DNA from: Macrostomum hystrix
Lineage: Eukaryota > Animalia > Platyhelminthes
DNA: 64,000 nt
Direction of reading: 5' to 3'
NCBI GenBank assembly: GCA_950097015.1
Contig: CATNEN010000039.1
Location: 5,766,001-5,830,000, forward strand
Below, in pieces: positions 12,230 to 24,894 of this stretch (within the stretch, counting starts at the first letter, position 1; each line of letters starts with the position of its first letter). Below the pieces are notes generated by a model. It was not told where the DNA came from. It saw only the letters and a program-made list of their open reading frames with translations, and did not search any database. The position numbers and the translations under genes were made by a program.

Positions 12230-13059
12230 ATGAACAGAGAAAACTGCATGCGACTTGGAGTTTGTGTGCTTGTTTGGTTGATTGCAGCCGTCAGCTGCGC
12301 TGTGCTGCCACCACAGCCTCTGAGCTACAGCTCCGTTGGTTGCTACGTCGATGGTTCGAATAGCAACAGAGACCTGCTCGGACTGCAGAATGTGCTCAGC
12401 TTCGGGCCATACAATACGGACGGCGACGCCCCAAATTTTGTCCTGAAGATGGCTCCCGGAGAGCTGCTGACGCTCGAGCTGTGCAGCCGGATCTGCTCCT
12501 ACGGCAGATTTCGCTACTTCGGCACGCAGTCCCAGGGCTACTGCGGCTGCGACTCAACCTACGGCTCATTGGGAGCCGCACCTGCCAGCGATTGTAATGG
12601 ATATCCTTGTTTTGGTAATGAGTTCCAGAAGTGCGGCGGAATCTCCAGGAATTCCATCTACGAGAACTTCTACTCACCCAGTAAGTGAGAAAAAATACAT
12701 ATTCAGAATACCTCTGTGAATATTTCTCTCACCAAGTAAGTGAGAGCATATTCAGTATTCCTCTGAGTCCGGTTTGCTAATCTAATTCGAAGCCTTTCCG
12801 CCAAAACCTACTCACAGTTGGTCCCAAGATGTCAAAGCTGTCCATGGCTTCCATGCCGAGCTTTTCCGTCAGTGCCGGGACTCCGTCGCACAGCAGCGTG
12901 CTCGCCACCAGCGACATCGAGTGCGCCGCCGCCTGCCACCGCAGCCCGGACTGTCTGGTGTGCGCCTTTGCCGAGTCCAGTCGAATGTGCCGCCTCATGA
13001 AGTTCTTCGCTGTGCCCAGCGAGGTCGCCAGCGAGTCGCAGTGGGTCTGGACCAAGTAG
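12230..13059 (+). CDS. Secreted WSC + PAN/apple-like protein, copy A (about 230 aa)
   Basis: Exons 12230-12680 and 12818-13059 (phase 1). Signal peptide, 8-Cys WSC domain (VGCYVD...LTLELCSRIC...YFGTQSQGYCGC...C...C.G...QKCGG...NSIY) and PAN-like ECAAAC...C..C...CRL. Confidence 0.88.
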
Positions 13060-13529
13060 CGGCTGTTGAAGGCCACTGATAACTTAAATAACTAAAGAGA
13101 AAGATAAATAACTGCAGAAACTCGTTTAATATTTCCCGAGCTTTTTCGTAGCCATTTTATTGCATCGAAGCAAGCAGGCTGTAGACTACTCAAACAATAA
13201 TTGATATCGATTAACCTGGCGAAATTGATTCACTGTTGACTGCTTTTTTGAAGAGTTAATTAAGAAAATAATTGCTGCCTTCTCAGAGCATCAATGGCAG
13301 CTGCGACATTTACAGAAATCGTTTGCTTTTAGCATCAATTTTTAATTATAAAAATAATTATACTTTCCTTAGTTTAATAATACTCGAACATTTTAAAACG
13401 AGGAACACTCAACTGGTAAGACAAATTTACGAAAAATGGTCAAATGATTTATGCAAGTCTAAAACTGGTCATGGTCAAACGATTAATGACGATTAAAGAC
13501 AGAAGCCTCAGCAAATGCTATGCATGGAT

Positions 13530-13690
13530 TCCCAAAGCCTCATTAGCCACTGCAACTGGAGTCCCAAAGCCTCATTAGCCACTGTAACTGGAGTCCCAAA
13601 GTCTCATCAGCCCCTGCAACTGGAGCCCAAAGCCTCATTAGCCCATGCAACTGGAGTCCCAAAGTCTTATTAGCCACTGTAACTGGAGTA
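13530..13690. repeat. 32-bp minisatellite (CCAAAGCCTCATTAGCCACTGYAACTGGAGTC), about 5 copies
   Basis: Direct tandem units about 470 bp downstream of copy A. Confidence 0.85.
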
Positions 13691-16660
13691 CTCGAGCTTA
13701 CAGCAGCCCCTCTAACTGGGATCCGGAGCTTCAGTCGAGGTTGAGGGCCGTACTAGAGGCGTACTAGAAAGCAGGCCAGTACCATTATGGTTAGTAGGTA
13801 GGCTGCGGCCGAGCCCAGTCGCTAGTTTAAGTAGCTAAGTTAAACTAGCATATTTCCGATTAAGTCGCTCACAGTTAAAGCCATCCTAGAGGCCCAAGCA
13901 ATTTAGCATTCCGGAAGCATTGTGCGAATCGCAGAATCGAATTCGTAAAAGGGACTTTCATGTGGCGAATCACTCTCCTCCCTTTGAACCCTATCCCGAC
14001 CTAGGCTGTCTCTTGGCTTTTACAAGAGATGGGCTTCGTCGATGGCTTGATGATTATCGACGTGCGGCTGATCCGTTGGGTCAACAGCGTCCTCAGCGGG
14101 GATAAGCCTTTGGGGGCACACTAGAGCCTCAGCCGAGCCTTCCGCGCCTGTGGCTCGTGCCTGCGACCAACCCAAGGGCCAGCCCGAGCCACAACTCCGA
14201 TGACTCGGAGATCCTGGAGACAGAGATGTCCTTTAAAGTGTCTCGACACCCTGCCTTCATGCTTCTGCCACCTGGTGCGAGCAGTGGAAGGTCGAACTGA
14301 TCGTAGCGAAATGCTGCCACCATCTTCACCCAACGACAAGCACCGAGTGAACCTACAGGAAGGAAGGCGGGGCAGGAAATCGACTTCGAACAGAACCCGA
14401 CCTTTCTGGGCCTTCTGTGCCGACTGGGCTTCAAACCTCCAGCTCTGCCAACGGAAGAACCACCAGCATGAAGCCATTGAAGCCCTTGCGGAGGTAAAGC
14501 AAGCCGTCCTTCGAAAGTCTGCATCTCCACCACGAGAGCGATCGCGGAGTATGGCACCAGCGTCTAGGCAGCGAGCGCAGTACCTAGCACCGGGAATTTT
14601 TTCTGGCTATCCAGCAGATCAGGAGGACCGCTTATACTGTTACGACGGTCGGCTTGCCACCAGAGCGGCCGTCCTTTCGAGAAGGCCCTAAGACAATGAG
14701 AGGAGGTCCTGGTCCACCCAACGGCGCAGCGGGTCACCACGGAGTAGCTGACAGCTGAAAAGCACCGAAGGTGGGACGCCAACAACAACGACGTCAAAGA
14801 CGTTCTCAATATTGATTGCAACCGCATCCACTGAGGATGCGGGAGAGACGGCTCCCTGTGAGCTCCCGGCCATCTCGGAGTTGGATTGGAGCGACTGCTA
14901 CCAACACAACGTCCTCGCATTGCTATCGCGGAAAATCTACTCTGCCCTGAACTGCGCAGCCCCAGACACGGAGCGCCTCATCCTCTACGTGTGTCTGCGG
15001 GGTGACCCAGTCACGGCCCGGTTCGATTTCGTTCTCGAAGATCGCTTCTCCACTCGAAGCAATTGTGAGACCGTCTTGTATCCAGCTGGCGGATAGCAGC
15101 GTCGTTCGGGTGCTGGCAAACGGAATAAGTTTAAGGTATCAAGAAATAGTACGTAAAAACTTTGAAAACAAACATCCACTGCCGAAAACAAATAATTTTC
15201 GACAAAAATGGAGCTTCCTGTGCCTACTTACAGTTAACTAAGATTCAATTCACATCGGACCTTCGTCCTTTTTAAAAGTTTTAAGTCTGCATGGATACCG
15301 TCTATTGTGTCCCGCAGGGGATGTCGGCTTAAGGATTAAGGCAATCCTCGAAGCTAACTGACATCGGGCTCCATTATAGAGCATTGAGTTGAGATACTCT
15401 TTCATACCCAAACATTTTCAAGAAAATATTTTGCATTGACATTCCACTTGACTTGGCAGTAGCGGGCCAGCAGCCCGCTCAAAACGTTTGATCGCAGCTA
15501 TAGTTGGTCATTTGTGCTTTCGAACGAGATTCTGGGAGACCACCCGTCCAAAAGGCGTTGCTAGGAGCTGTTGTGCCCACAGCTACGATCAGATTACCGC
15601 TTACCCAAAGCAAACGCTGATTTTGCGCAACCGCGGGCTGCAGTGCAGATGGCCTACAAACCGTGGCCACTTGAAACTGTGACTTCCGTCCAGCAGCTGG
15701 CAGCGGAGAGCGGCACCAAGCACGAAGGCAGGTGCTATTATCACTGTCGGTTCGTCTTCCAGGTGGCTGACAACTTGCAGCTTATCCTCGATGTGGAGAT
15801 ATGAGGTGTGGAGAGGATGGCGGCTTTTGGTCGACAAGCGACAAGGTCAGCATGTTCCTCTCACCCGCAATATTCCGCTCGTCTTCAGCATCCGCGCTGC
15901 ACCTAGCCGTTGATCCTGGCCGAAGTCACTCATACCGACAACACAGCCATGGCCACCGAGCTACGCTACGGAAGACTAACGGTGGCCGATAAACAACGGT
16001 AAGAGTCATCAAGTCATTTCTGTTGAAACCGGGCATGCGACGCGCCGTTGTTATTCTGTGGTCGGTTAGTCGGTTGGTCGGTGGTTTTCAATCAATATCA
16101 ATAATCAATTGAATCCATTGAAGTCTAAGATTGAATCCATCAGGCAAAGAGGTGGCAAAACCGTGCTTCACCTCTTTCGAGCTGTGTTGAAAATAAAGCT
16201 GAATACGGCCCTGAATACGGTTCGTGTCGGTAGCGTTTCAGTTACTTGAATCTGGACAGAGGTCGATGACTGAATACTAAAAACACTTATATCCTCTGTT
16301 TGGATTCAGTTGAGATCAGTTGGGCTAAAACAGCCTGCAGTTTAGCAGTTTAGAAAGTCGCGATTCAAAGTGCTCTTCATCCGAACTGTTGCTTAGACAT
16401 ATCTCGCACTAAAAAAATATATTTTTTAATCCAAAAACACTCCAAAACTTTCACTTCTCATCCAATTGTTCTCGATTTTAGATGCACTGTTAGAGTGCCA
16501 TTGTTGTGGAGGGCATACCCATCACCAATTGCGCTTAACCAATAAAATCCAGCGCAGACAATGCGATATAAATAATATAAATGACAACCTCTCGTCCTCT
16601 GCTCGCCGTGATTTACACAACAGATACGCTCATACCACTCGATGGTTTCTAGCCATAAAA

Positions 16661-17489
16661 ATGCTGATTAGAAACTGCATGCGACTTGGAGTTTGTGTGC
16701 TTGTTTGGTTGATTGCAGCCGTCAGCTGCGCTGTGCTGCCACCACAGCCTCTGAGCTACAGCTCCGTTGGTTGCTACGTCGATGGTTCGAGTAGCAACAG
16801 AGACCTGCTCGGACTGCAGAATGTGCTCAGCTTCGGGCCATACAATACGGACGGCGGCGCCCCGACTTTTGTCCTGAAGATGGCTCCCGGAGAGCTGCTG
16901 ACGCTCGAGCTGTGCAGCCAGATCTGCTCCTACGGCAGATTTCGCTACTTCGGCACGCAGTCCCAGGGCTACTGCGGCTGCGACTCAACCTACGGCTCAT
17001 TGGGAGCCGCATCTGCCAGCGAGTGCTCGTTTCCCTGCTATGGAAATTTATCCCAGAAATGTGGCGGTAGTTCCAGGAATTCCATCTACGAGAACTTCTA
17101 CTCACCCAGTAAGTGAGAGAAAATATACATATTCAGAATACCTCTGTGAATATTTCTCTCACCAAGTAAGTGAGAGCATATTCAGTATTCCTCTGAGTCC
17201 GGTTCGCTAATCTAATTCGAAGCCTTTCCGCCAAAACCTACTCACAGTTGGTCCCAAGATGACAAAACTGTCCATGGCTTCCATGCCGAGCTTTTCCGTC
17301 AGTGCCGGGACTCCGTCGCACAGCAGCGTGCTCGCCACCAGCGACATCGAGTGCGCCGCCGCCTGCCACCGCAGCCCGGACTGTCTGGTGTGCGCCTTTG
17401 CCGAGTCCAGTCGAATGTGCCGCCTCATGAAGTTCTTCGCTGTGCCCAGCGAGGTCGCCAGCGAGTCGCAGTGGGTCTGGACCAAGTAG
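16661..17489 (+). CDS. Secreted WSC + PAN/apple-like protein, copy B (about 229 aa)
   Basis: Exons 16661-17108 and 17248-17489. Nearly identical to copy A, intron included. Confidence 0.88.
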
Positions 17490-17974
17490 CGGTTGTTGAA
17501 GGCCACAAAAAATCCAGAAGTAACTTTCGATACTAGTCAAAGCGTTGACATTCGCTTTAATCTGTATCACGATTTCAGATCATTGAATCCGACTGGCATT
17601 AGCTTGTTTGATTAACTGGACAAAATAAGATTCGCTGTTGACTGCTTTCAAGAATGCGCTAAGAAGTGAATCATAGGATGCCCTGAGCATTCAGATCAAT
17701 GCGAATGCAATATTTTCAGCTATATCTTGCCGTCAGCCGATTAGTTTATTTGTGAAATCGACTATTAACCTGTTAACTATGCGGTGTATTTCAGTTTCAG
17801 TCATTTTCAATACAATCTGAAATTCGGTAAAGATTTTGTAAAAGTAGATTAACCAGTAAATGTAAGACATAGATTCAAGTACGGAAGAAATGCTGAAGTG
17901 CTAGCTAAATTGAAAGAGTGCGTTCTCTGATAGACAACGACGGTTAAGGACTACATCAGCCACTGTACGCTCGT

Positions 17975-19040
17975 AACGGAGTCTTGTAGTCACAGTAGCA
18001 GCTGTAACCGGAGTCCTGTAGTCACAGTTGCAGCTGTAACCGGAGTCCTGTAGTCACAGTAGCAGCTGTAACCGGAGTCCTGTAGTCACAGTTGCAGCTG
18101 TAACCGGAGTCCTGTAGTCACAGTAGCAGCTGTAACCGGAGTCCTGTAGTCACAGTTGCAGCTGTAACCGGAGTCCTGTAGTCACAGTAGCAGCTGTAAC
18201 CGGAGTCCTGTAGTCACAGTTGCAGCTGTAACCGGAGTCCTGTAGTCACAGTAGCAGCTGTAACCGGAGTCCTGTAGTCACAGTTGCAGCTGTAACCGGA
18301 GTCCTGTAGTCACAGTAGCAGCTGTAACCGGAGTCCTGTAGTCACAGTTGCAGCTGTAACCGGAGTCCTGTAGTCACAGTTGCAGCTGTAACCGGAGTCC
18401 TGTAGTCACAGTAGCAGCTGTAACCGGAGTCCTGTAGTCACAGTTGCAGCTGTAACCGGAGTCCTGTAGTCACAGTTGCAGCTGTAACCGGAGTCCTGTA
18501 GTCACAGCAGAAGCTGTAACCGGAGTCCTGTAGTCACAGTTGCAGCTGTAACCGGAGTCCTGTAGTCACAGCAGAAGCTGTAACCGGAGTCCTGTAGTCA
18601 CAGTTGCAGCTGTAACCGGAGTCCTGTAGTCACAGTTGCAGCTGTAACCGGAGTCCTGTAGTCACAGCAGAAGCTGTAACCGGAGTCCTGTAGTCACAGT
18701 TGCAGCTGTAACCGGAGTCCTGTAGTCACAGCAGAAGCTGTAACCGGAGTCCTGTAGTCACAGTTGCAGCTGTAACCGGAGTCCTGTAGTCACAGCAGAA
18801 GCTGTAACCGGAGTCCTGTAGTAACAGCAGAAGCTGTAACCGGAGTCCCTGTAGTCACCAGCAGAAGCTTTCAGTTGAGTCCTGTAGTCACAGTTGCAGC
18901 TGTAACCGGAGTCCTGTAGTCACAGTTGCAGCTGTAACCGGAGTCCTGTAGTCACAGTAGCAGCTGTAACCGAAGTCCCTGTAGTCACCACAGAAGCTGT
19001 CAGTACAGCGCAGGTTGAGTCCTGTAGTCACAGCTGTAAC
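17975..19040. repeat. 32-bp minisatellite (CTGTAGTCACAGTWGCAGCTGTAACCGGAGTC), about 30 copies
   Basis: Period 32 (GCTGTAAC at 18001, 18033 and onward). Confidence 0.95.
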
Positions 19041-21563
19041 TGGAGATAGGCCCAAATGTTTTCTTTGCCCATGCAATAATTCGTTTCCAGACTATCGTTG
19101 TCTATCAGCTGAGTATTAAGTCACGTCAGCACTCCATTATTCTAAAATCATACTTCCGAATAACCATCCATAATGTTTTGCAAGCAGACTTACAAGTCAG
19201 AAACAAAAGTAGTAAAAATATTTTTTTCAAAGGGAATTAATCTTGCCACTATCCACGTATCCAAAGCAACAGCAGGCTGCTTTGCCAATCCGATCGATAT
19301 GGACATCGACTAAAAAAATGAATATGATCCGAGAACAAAAGAGCAGAAGCTGTCGCTCTAAACATGATGATAGGCTTGTTTTAATTAAAAGAGGCTCACT
19401 AACACACTGTTGCGGGCCCATTGTTTCCGGATCAAAGAATAACCAGGAAGAAATGAAAGGAAGTTTTTTACCCCTCTGCATTCTGGGGGGGGGGAAATTG
19501 CAGCGAAAGACAATTGACGATCACAAAGGAACCATCGAGCTGCAGAACTGTCGCGACAGAAAGCGACGTCACTCCGCAGTTCTTGGGTCTGGCAAGTTTT
19601 AACCTAACCAGTGATTTCGCGGCACCGAGATTTCCTAAGCAATCTGATTAACACCGGCTGAGTTCTATGCGCCAAGCACGCGCGGCTATTGTGAATGCGT
19701 CCTTTTGTGTGCGGCTCTCGCTACCCCGTGCTGAGCTAGTCAACTTCTGACCTGTTCTAGCTTATGCTTGAGTCGGTTGCTTTGCCTCAGCATTTCAAAA
19801 CTTCTTTCACGGAAACTTTCAGAGGCTGCTTCCGATCGGCTGTTTGGCAACACTCCGGCCTACCAATTTCCTGCTACCAAAACCCGGCTTCCCTCTTGTG
19901 TTTGCTGTTTCTAGTAATGAAATTTCATAGAACTTATGCTTTAACTTATGCTGTTAGAACTTACGCATTATGCGTGGTACTAAATAATGTAATTCACACA
20001 AGAGCTTCGTTTCTCTAGTTTGCCCGTTGCAATTACGCGGGATACATGCCATATTTCCCACCTCGACGTAACTCTACTCGACTTGTAGGCCCACCTCGAG
20101 TCGGGCCTTTGCCCGCTAGGCAACAAAATAAGTTGGAAATATTATACATTTACGAGCGTATCCCCCACTTGTCCCGGTCAAATAAGTCTATGGTCTAGTG
20201 TTGAAGCATCTATTTGTCCGGGACGAAGAAATATTTATGGTTTAAACGATATTCATTGTCATGTACTGTAAAACGAGAGCTATTAAAGTCGCAGATTCTA
20301 TATTACCTGTGATATTAGCGGTAATATAGAATCTGATTAAAGTTAGACAGCTAGCCATGCAACTGAGAGAAGTTGTTAACAAACCATTTCGAGCATAGAG
20401 ACGATGGATCACGCTGGCAAGCCTATTGGGTTGCACGGACTGACGTCCACGGAAGTTGAACTCGTCGCTGAATTATCTACCAACGACTGTCGTAGGGACG
20501 AATTATTGTCAGATTTTCTATTTATTGTTCATTGAGGACAACCTTGGTAAAAAGGATGACGATACTCCACTGCCACCTGGATTCCAAGATGAGCTAAAGG
20601 AACTCGCTATTGAAATTTCCGATCTTCCTGTGAGCTCGCGGAGGCAGATGGAAGAACATGGACGCAACTTTCTAGAGTTCTTGAAGAGTCGTGGACTGAC
20701 TACTGATCTAGGAAGAGTTAAACGTTTCAAACATGTTCGTCACCTAATCTGCTTCCTTCGCTGTTTTAAATATATTAAATAAACATACCGCGATAAAAAA
20801 TAATTAAAAATGTACCTACAAACAATGCATTGTTACTCACTAAAGGGAAAAAAGCAATGAGGGTAAAAATGCGATACAATGCTGCCCATTCTGCTAGCCC
20901 GACAGCACACCTGGGGTACACGACTTTCTATGAGGAGCTTTTTTTCTATGGCCCGATCGTATTCCCTTTCTCACGTGAATGCCGGAAAGCACTGTATATT
21001 CCCTGTTCAAAGGCTGCTAAAAAGATTTCTCTTAAAAGTACTTGACAAAACAATAGGGCCTTAGCTATCTCATTAATGCATTTTTCGATTCAAATCGGCT
21101 TTGAAAAACTTTTTAATGAATCGAAAGCCTTCCGTAATTCATGTTTAGTAGGAATTGGCACACTTTTAAACTGGTGCATCAAACTGCCCTCGTTGTGTAC
21201 CGGAGGTTAGTTCTTATGGACGTCAATCGCACGACTTTAAAACGTGGAAGCAGCGAGAGTCGGGCACATGCCGCTCTGTCTATGACGAGTAAAAATAATA
21301 GAAAACCAACTCAAAGTTTTCCCTATTTCCAAACCGTTTTTTAATCGAAAGAAAACAAAAACTAAAAGCTGGTAGACTTAAAAAAATTGCGATCGATCAT
21401 TCGCAAATGTCGGAAAGAGGTAGCAATGCAGTTTTGTTGTTTATCCGATAATAGCGGCGTTAATGGCTAAAACCCGCGGCTAGAGAGCACGTTTTGTAAG
21501 CAAAACAGAGTCTATAAATCTTTATCAAAGTCGTGGTTGATTTTGTCTGACAACAAGCTGAAA

Positions 21564-22342
21564 ATGTTGGTTTCGTTTTTAACCATCTGGCAAGTGCTGG
21601 CGCTGGCTGCAGTGAAAACAGCATCAGCTTCCATTGTGCAGCCACCAGAACTCTTGAACTACCGATACATTGGTTGCTATAGCGACGAATCAAGTAGTAG
21701 CAGAGACCTGATCGGCCTGCAGGGTGTTCTTCAGCTGGGACCCTACGCTACCGACGCTGGCGACAGGACCTTCGTGTCTAAAACGGGCCCGGACGGCATG
21801 ACAATAGAGATGTGCGCCAGGATCTGCTCCTACGGTCGCTTTCGCTACTTTGGCACCCAGGCAAGGAGCTACTGCGCCTGCGACTGGACTTACGGCTCTT
21901 ACAGCGAGGCCTCAACGAGAAGCTGCTACTACAGGTGCGATGGAGATGCACTACAGTTTTGCGGAGGTGACTTTAAGAATTCAGTCTACGAAAGTACCTA
22001 CCCCGCATGTAAGTTTTAACAATGCTCCAAGAACCATTCGTGTACTGTGCTCGTTTTCAACAATGACCGACTAGCTGCAATGTCGAAAATCCCTCAGTTG
22101 GACCGAAGCTGACGAAGCAGGCAGCGGCGTCCATGCCAACCATCTCTGCGGTCAGCAGCTCGGTCAGCCATCGTAGCCAGTCAGCGCGGAGCGTTGTTGA
22201 ATGCGCGGCAGCCTGCCAGCGCAGCGCGGACTGCATCGCCTGCTGGTTTGTGAAGTCGAGCCAGATCTGCCGCCTGATGCGCTTCTTTGCTGTGCCCAGG
22301 GAGGTGGCCGGCGAGGCCCAGTGGGTCTGGATCAGGCAGTAG
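21564..22342 (+). CDS. Secreted WSC + PAN/apple-like protein, copy C (about 229 aa)
   Basis: Exons 21564-22008 and 22098-22342 (phase 1). Signal peptide MLVSFLTIWQVLALAA; YIGCYSD...MTIEMCARIC...FCGGDFKNSVY; ECAAACQRSADCIACWF. Confidence 0.87.
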
Positions 22343-22943
22343 TTCCTTGCTGACAATCGGAATGCTGGAATAATTTACAACAAGCAACTCTAGCTGATCA
22401 TTCCTAATTTGTTTGATAATTGATAATCCATGACACACAAATCGCTTATAAACGTTTAACTAGACATTCCTAAAAGTCAATTAATGATAAATTAGTAAAA
22501 TGTTTCTGGCAATTTATTATTGCAAAAATCTTTCGGCTCACAAAAATATAAGAAAAAGATTCTGCATGCTTAATGGACTCCGGATTCTGAACAAGAGGAA
22601 TCGATCAATAGGCCGCATTAGGTTGAGTGCGAGATAAAACTCGATTTCGCTGTCTTTAAAAGCTCATTAGAGAACCATTTAATAAGCGGTCTCTTTCTGC
22701 TGGCTTTTGTGTTCATTCAGCAAAAGTTAAAAGGTGTATCTTCAAATACTTCAGCGGAACCCTGACTTAATGGCTTCACTATAGTTAGTGGATAAGGCAG
22801 ACAAAAGGAAAAAAATCTAAAATGAAGTAAAGAGAGCATTAGCAGCATTAACAGCTGCTTTGAAAGCGATATAAATAGGATTCGGAAAGTTGCCTGCTGA
22901 TTCCCAGACTTCGCCGACAATCGTAGCCAAACCAAACTCCAAG

Positions 22944-23701
22944 ATGCGCACGGCAACAAGACAATTGTTGCTGTTGAGCCTGCATTGCTTGGCCTGCTGT
23001 GCTGTGATGCTGCCACCACAGCCTCTTGGATATCGATACGTTGGATGCTACGTCGATGGAACTAATGCCAACAGAGATGTGAAAGGTCTGGAAGAAGTCA
23101 GCAGCATTGGAGTCTACTCAACTGACCCGGGGAATCCCGTCTTCGTATATGACGCAATTCAAATGACGCTGGAAAAGTGCACTTTAATTTGCTCTTATGG
23201 GCGCTTCCGTTACTTTGGCACGCAAAGCCGCGCTTACTGCTGCTGCGGCTCATTTGGCTCGCTGGGCATTGCTGATGAATCCGATTGCATTTATCCATGC
23301 AATGGGAACACGAGCCAGACATGCGGCGGAGATTCACGGAATTCGATCTACGAGGCCCTGTACACACCAGGTAGATCCTTGACGCCGGTGTTTAGGGTAA
23401 ACTGTATCTATAGCCTATAGCCAGACTTAAATGACTTAACTGCACCTTTCCCACAGTCCAACCCAAGATGTTGAAGGTGGCTGCCGCATCTATGCCGAGC
23501 ATCACGGCCAGTTCAGGCTTCAAGAACTACCGCAGCGAGACGGCCTTCAGCACAATTGAATGCGCGGCAGCCTGCCAGCGCAGCGCGAGCTGCATCGCCT
23601 GCTGGTTTGTGAAGTCGAGCCGGATCTGCCGCCTGTTGCGCTTCTTCGCCGTGCCCAGCGAGCTGGCCAGCGAGTCTCAGTGGGTCTGGATCAAGCAGTG
23701 A
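22944..23701 (+). CDS. Secreted WSC + PAN/apple-like protein, copy D (about 223 aa)
   Basis: Exons 22944-23370 and 23457-23701 (phase 1). YVGCYVD...MTLEKCTLIC...QTCGGDSRNSIY, then a PAN-like exon ending WVWIKQ. Confidence 0.87.
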
Positions 23702-24894
23702 TCAGCCTCGATAATCGAACATTATCACTCGAAAGTTAACTCGAAAGCAACAAGAAATCCGTCTATGAAACTCAGAGAAAAAAATTAAACGACTTGATGC
23801 GATGAGCAAAGTGCACTTTTTGGGCAGAATTCTGCTTGTTCTTTGACTTTTTCCTCAGAAACAGCCCATCGAGAAGAGAAGACATGAAATAATATATTTA
23901 AAATACCTTCTAAGTGTTTGATCGGGTGTTTGATCTAAGTAGTTGCTGTCTGACGAGCGTAAATGTTGCTGTTGGAGTAGTGCGCCTGCGCATCGGTATC
24001 TCTGTGCGCGTGTTCAGGGTCAGCGGTGTGGGTAGAACTGTCTAGGGTCGATAAGAATCTCATCGCTCGTGACGTTACAGCATTACCAATAATTGTTTCC
24101 TCAATTTTCATTGCTGGGTAATCCGCTCACTTAGAAATTTTTTAAAGGCAGGAATTCAATAAAAAGTTAGGAAATGACTCGGATTGCTGCCACAATTGCA
24201 GTAGTCTGCTAGAGAATCTTGCGCTATGAACATTCGTACTCGATATACTACTAAATTGAGTATTATGTCGTTAGCGCCGTTGATTTCAGCTTGCTAGTAG
24301 CCGTACGTACATGGCATTTAATGTTTGCAGTTCGGATATCTGCCTAGCGCAGTCGCTGATCTGGTTTTAACCAGCTACCCTAATTCACTGAAAACTTCAG
24401 TTGCTCATCGTTTCGAGGTCGCTGTGGGAAAATGGCTTTCACAATGAACTGTAGTTAAAAAACGGAGTTCAAAAAATGCAGTGTGGTTGGAAACTATATT
24501 CCCATCAGGCCGGCCATCTTTGCCAATTGGATTGTTAGTCACGTAGCACAGAGATAGTTCTGAGCCAAGTCACAGTCACGTGATCTACGTTTATCCGCTT
24601 TTCAGGGCCCATGCCTTCATAGCGGGATTTGAGCCGAATATTCTGAAGGACGATGACAGACAAAGCCGGTGAACAGGACTCAAAAAGTAGAACAAGCGAG
24701 AAAGAATAGGAAAATAGGAAACGCATAGCAACCGGGCAGCAGAACTTTCTAAACTTTCTTCAAAAAACTAAACTATGTGAAATTTAGGTTTAGCAAAAAT
24801 TTAACTTCTATGAACTTCCTACACACAACTTTTTTTCTAGAACAAAATTTAGTAGTATCTATGTTAGTAGACTATGGTTTTACTCTGTGCCATA

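Noticed and set aside
16466-16660. N-terminal extension of copy B in the ORF track
   Set aside because: It starts at TTG, is not conserved in copy A and would bury the signal peptide. ATG 16661 or 16679 is preferred.
17975-19040. CRISPR array (also considered for the other 30-36-bp arrays)
   Set aside because: The units are contiguous with no unique spacers, there are no cas genes, and the context is eukaryotic.
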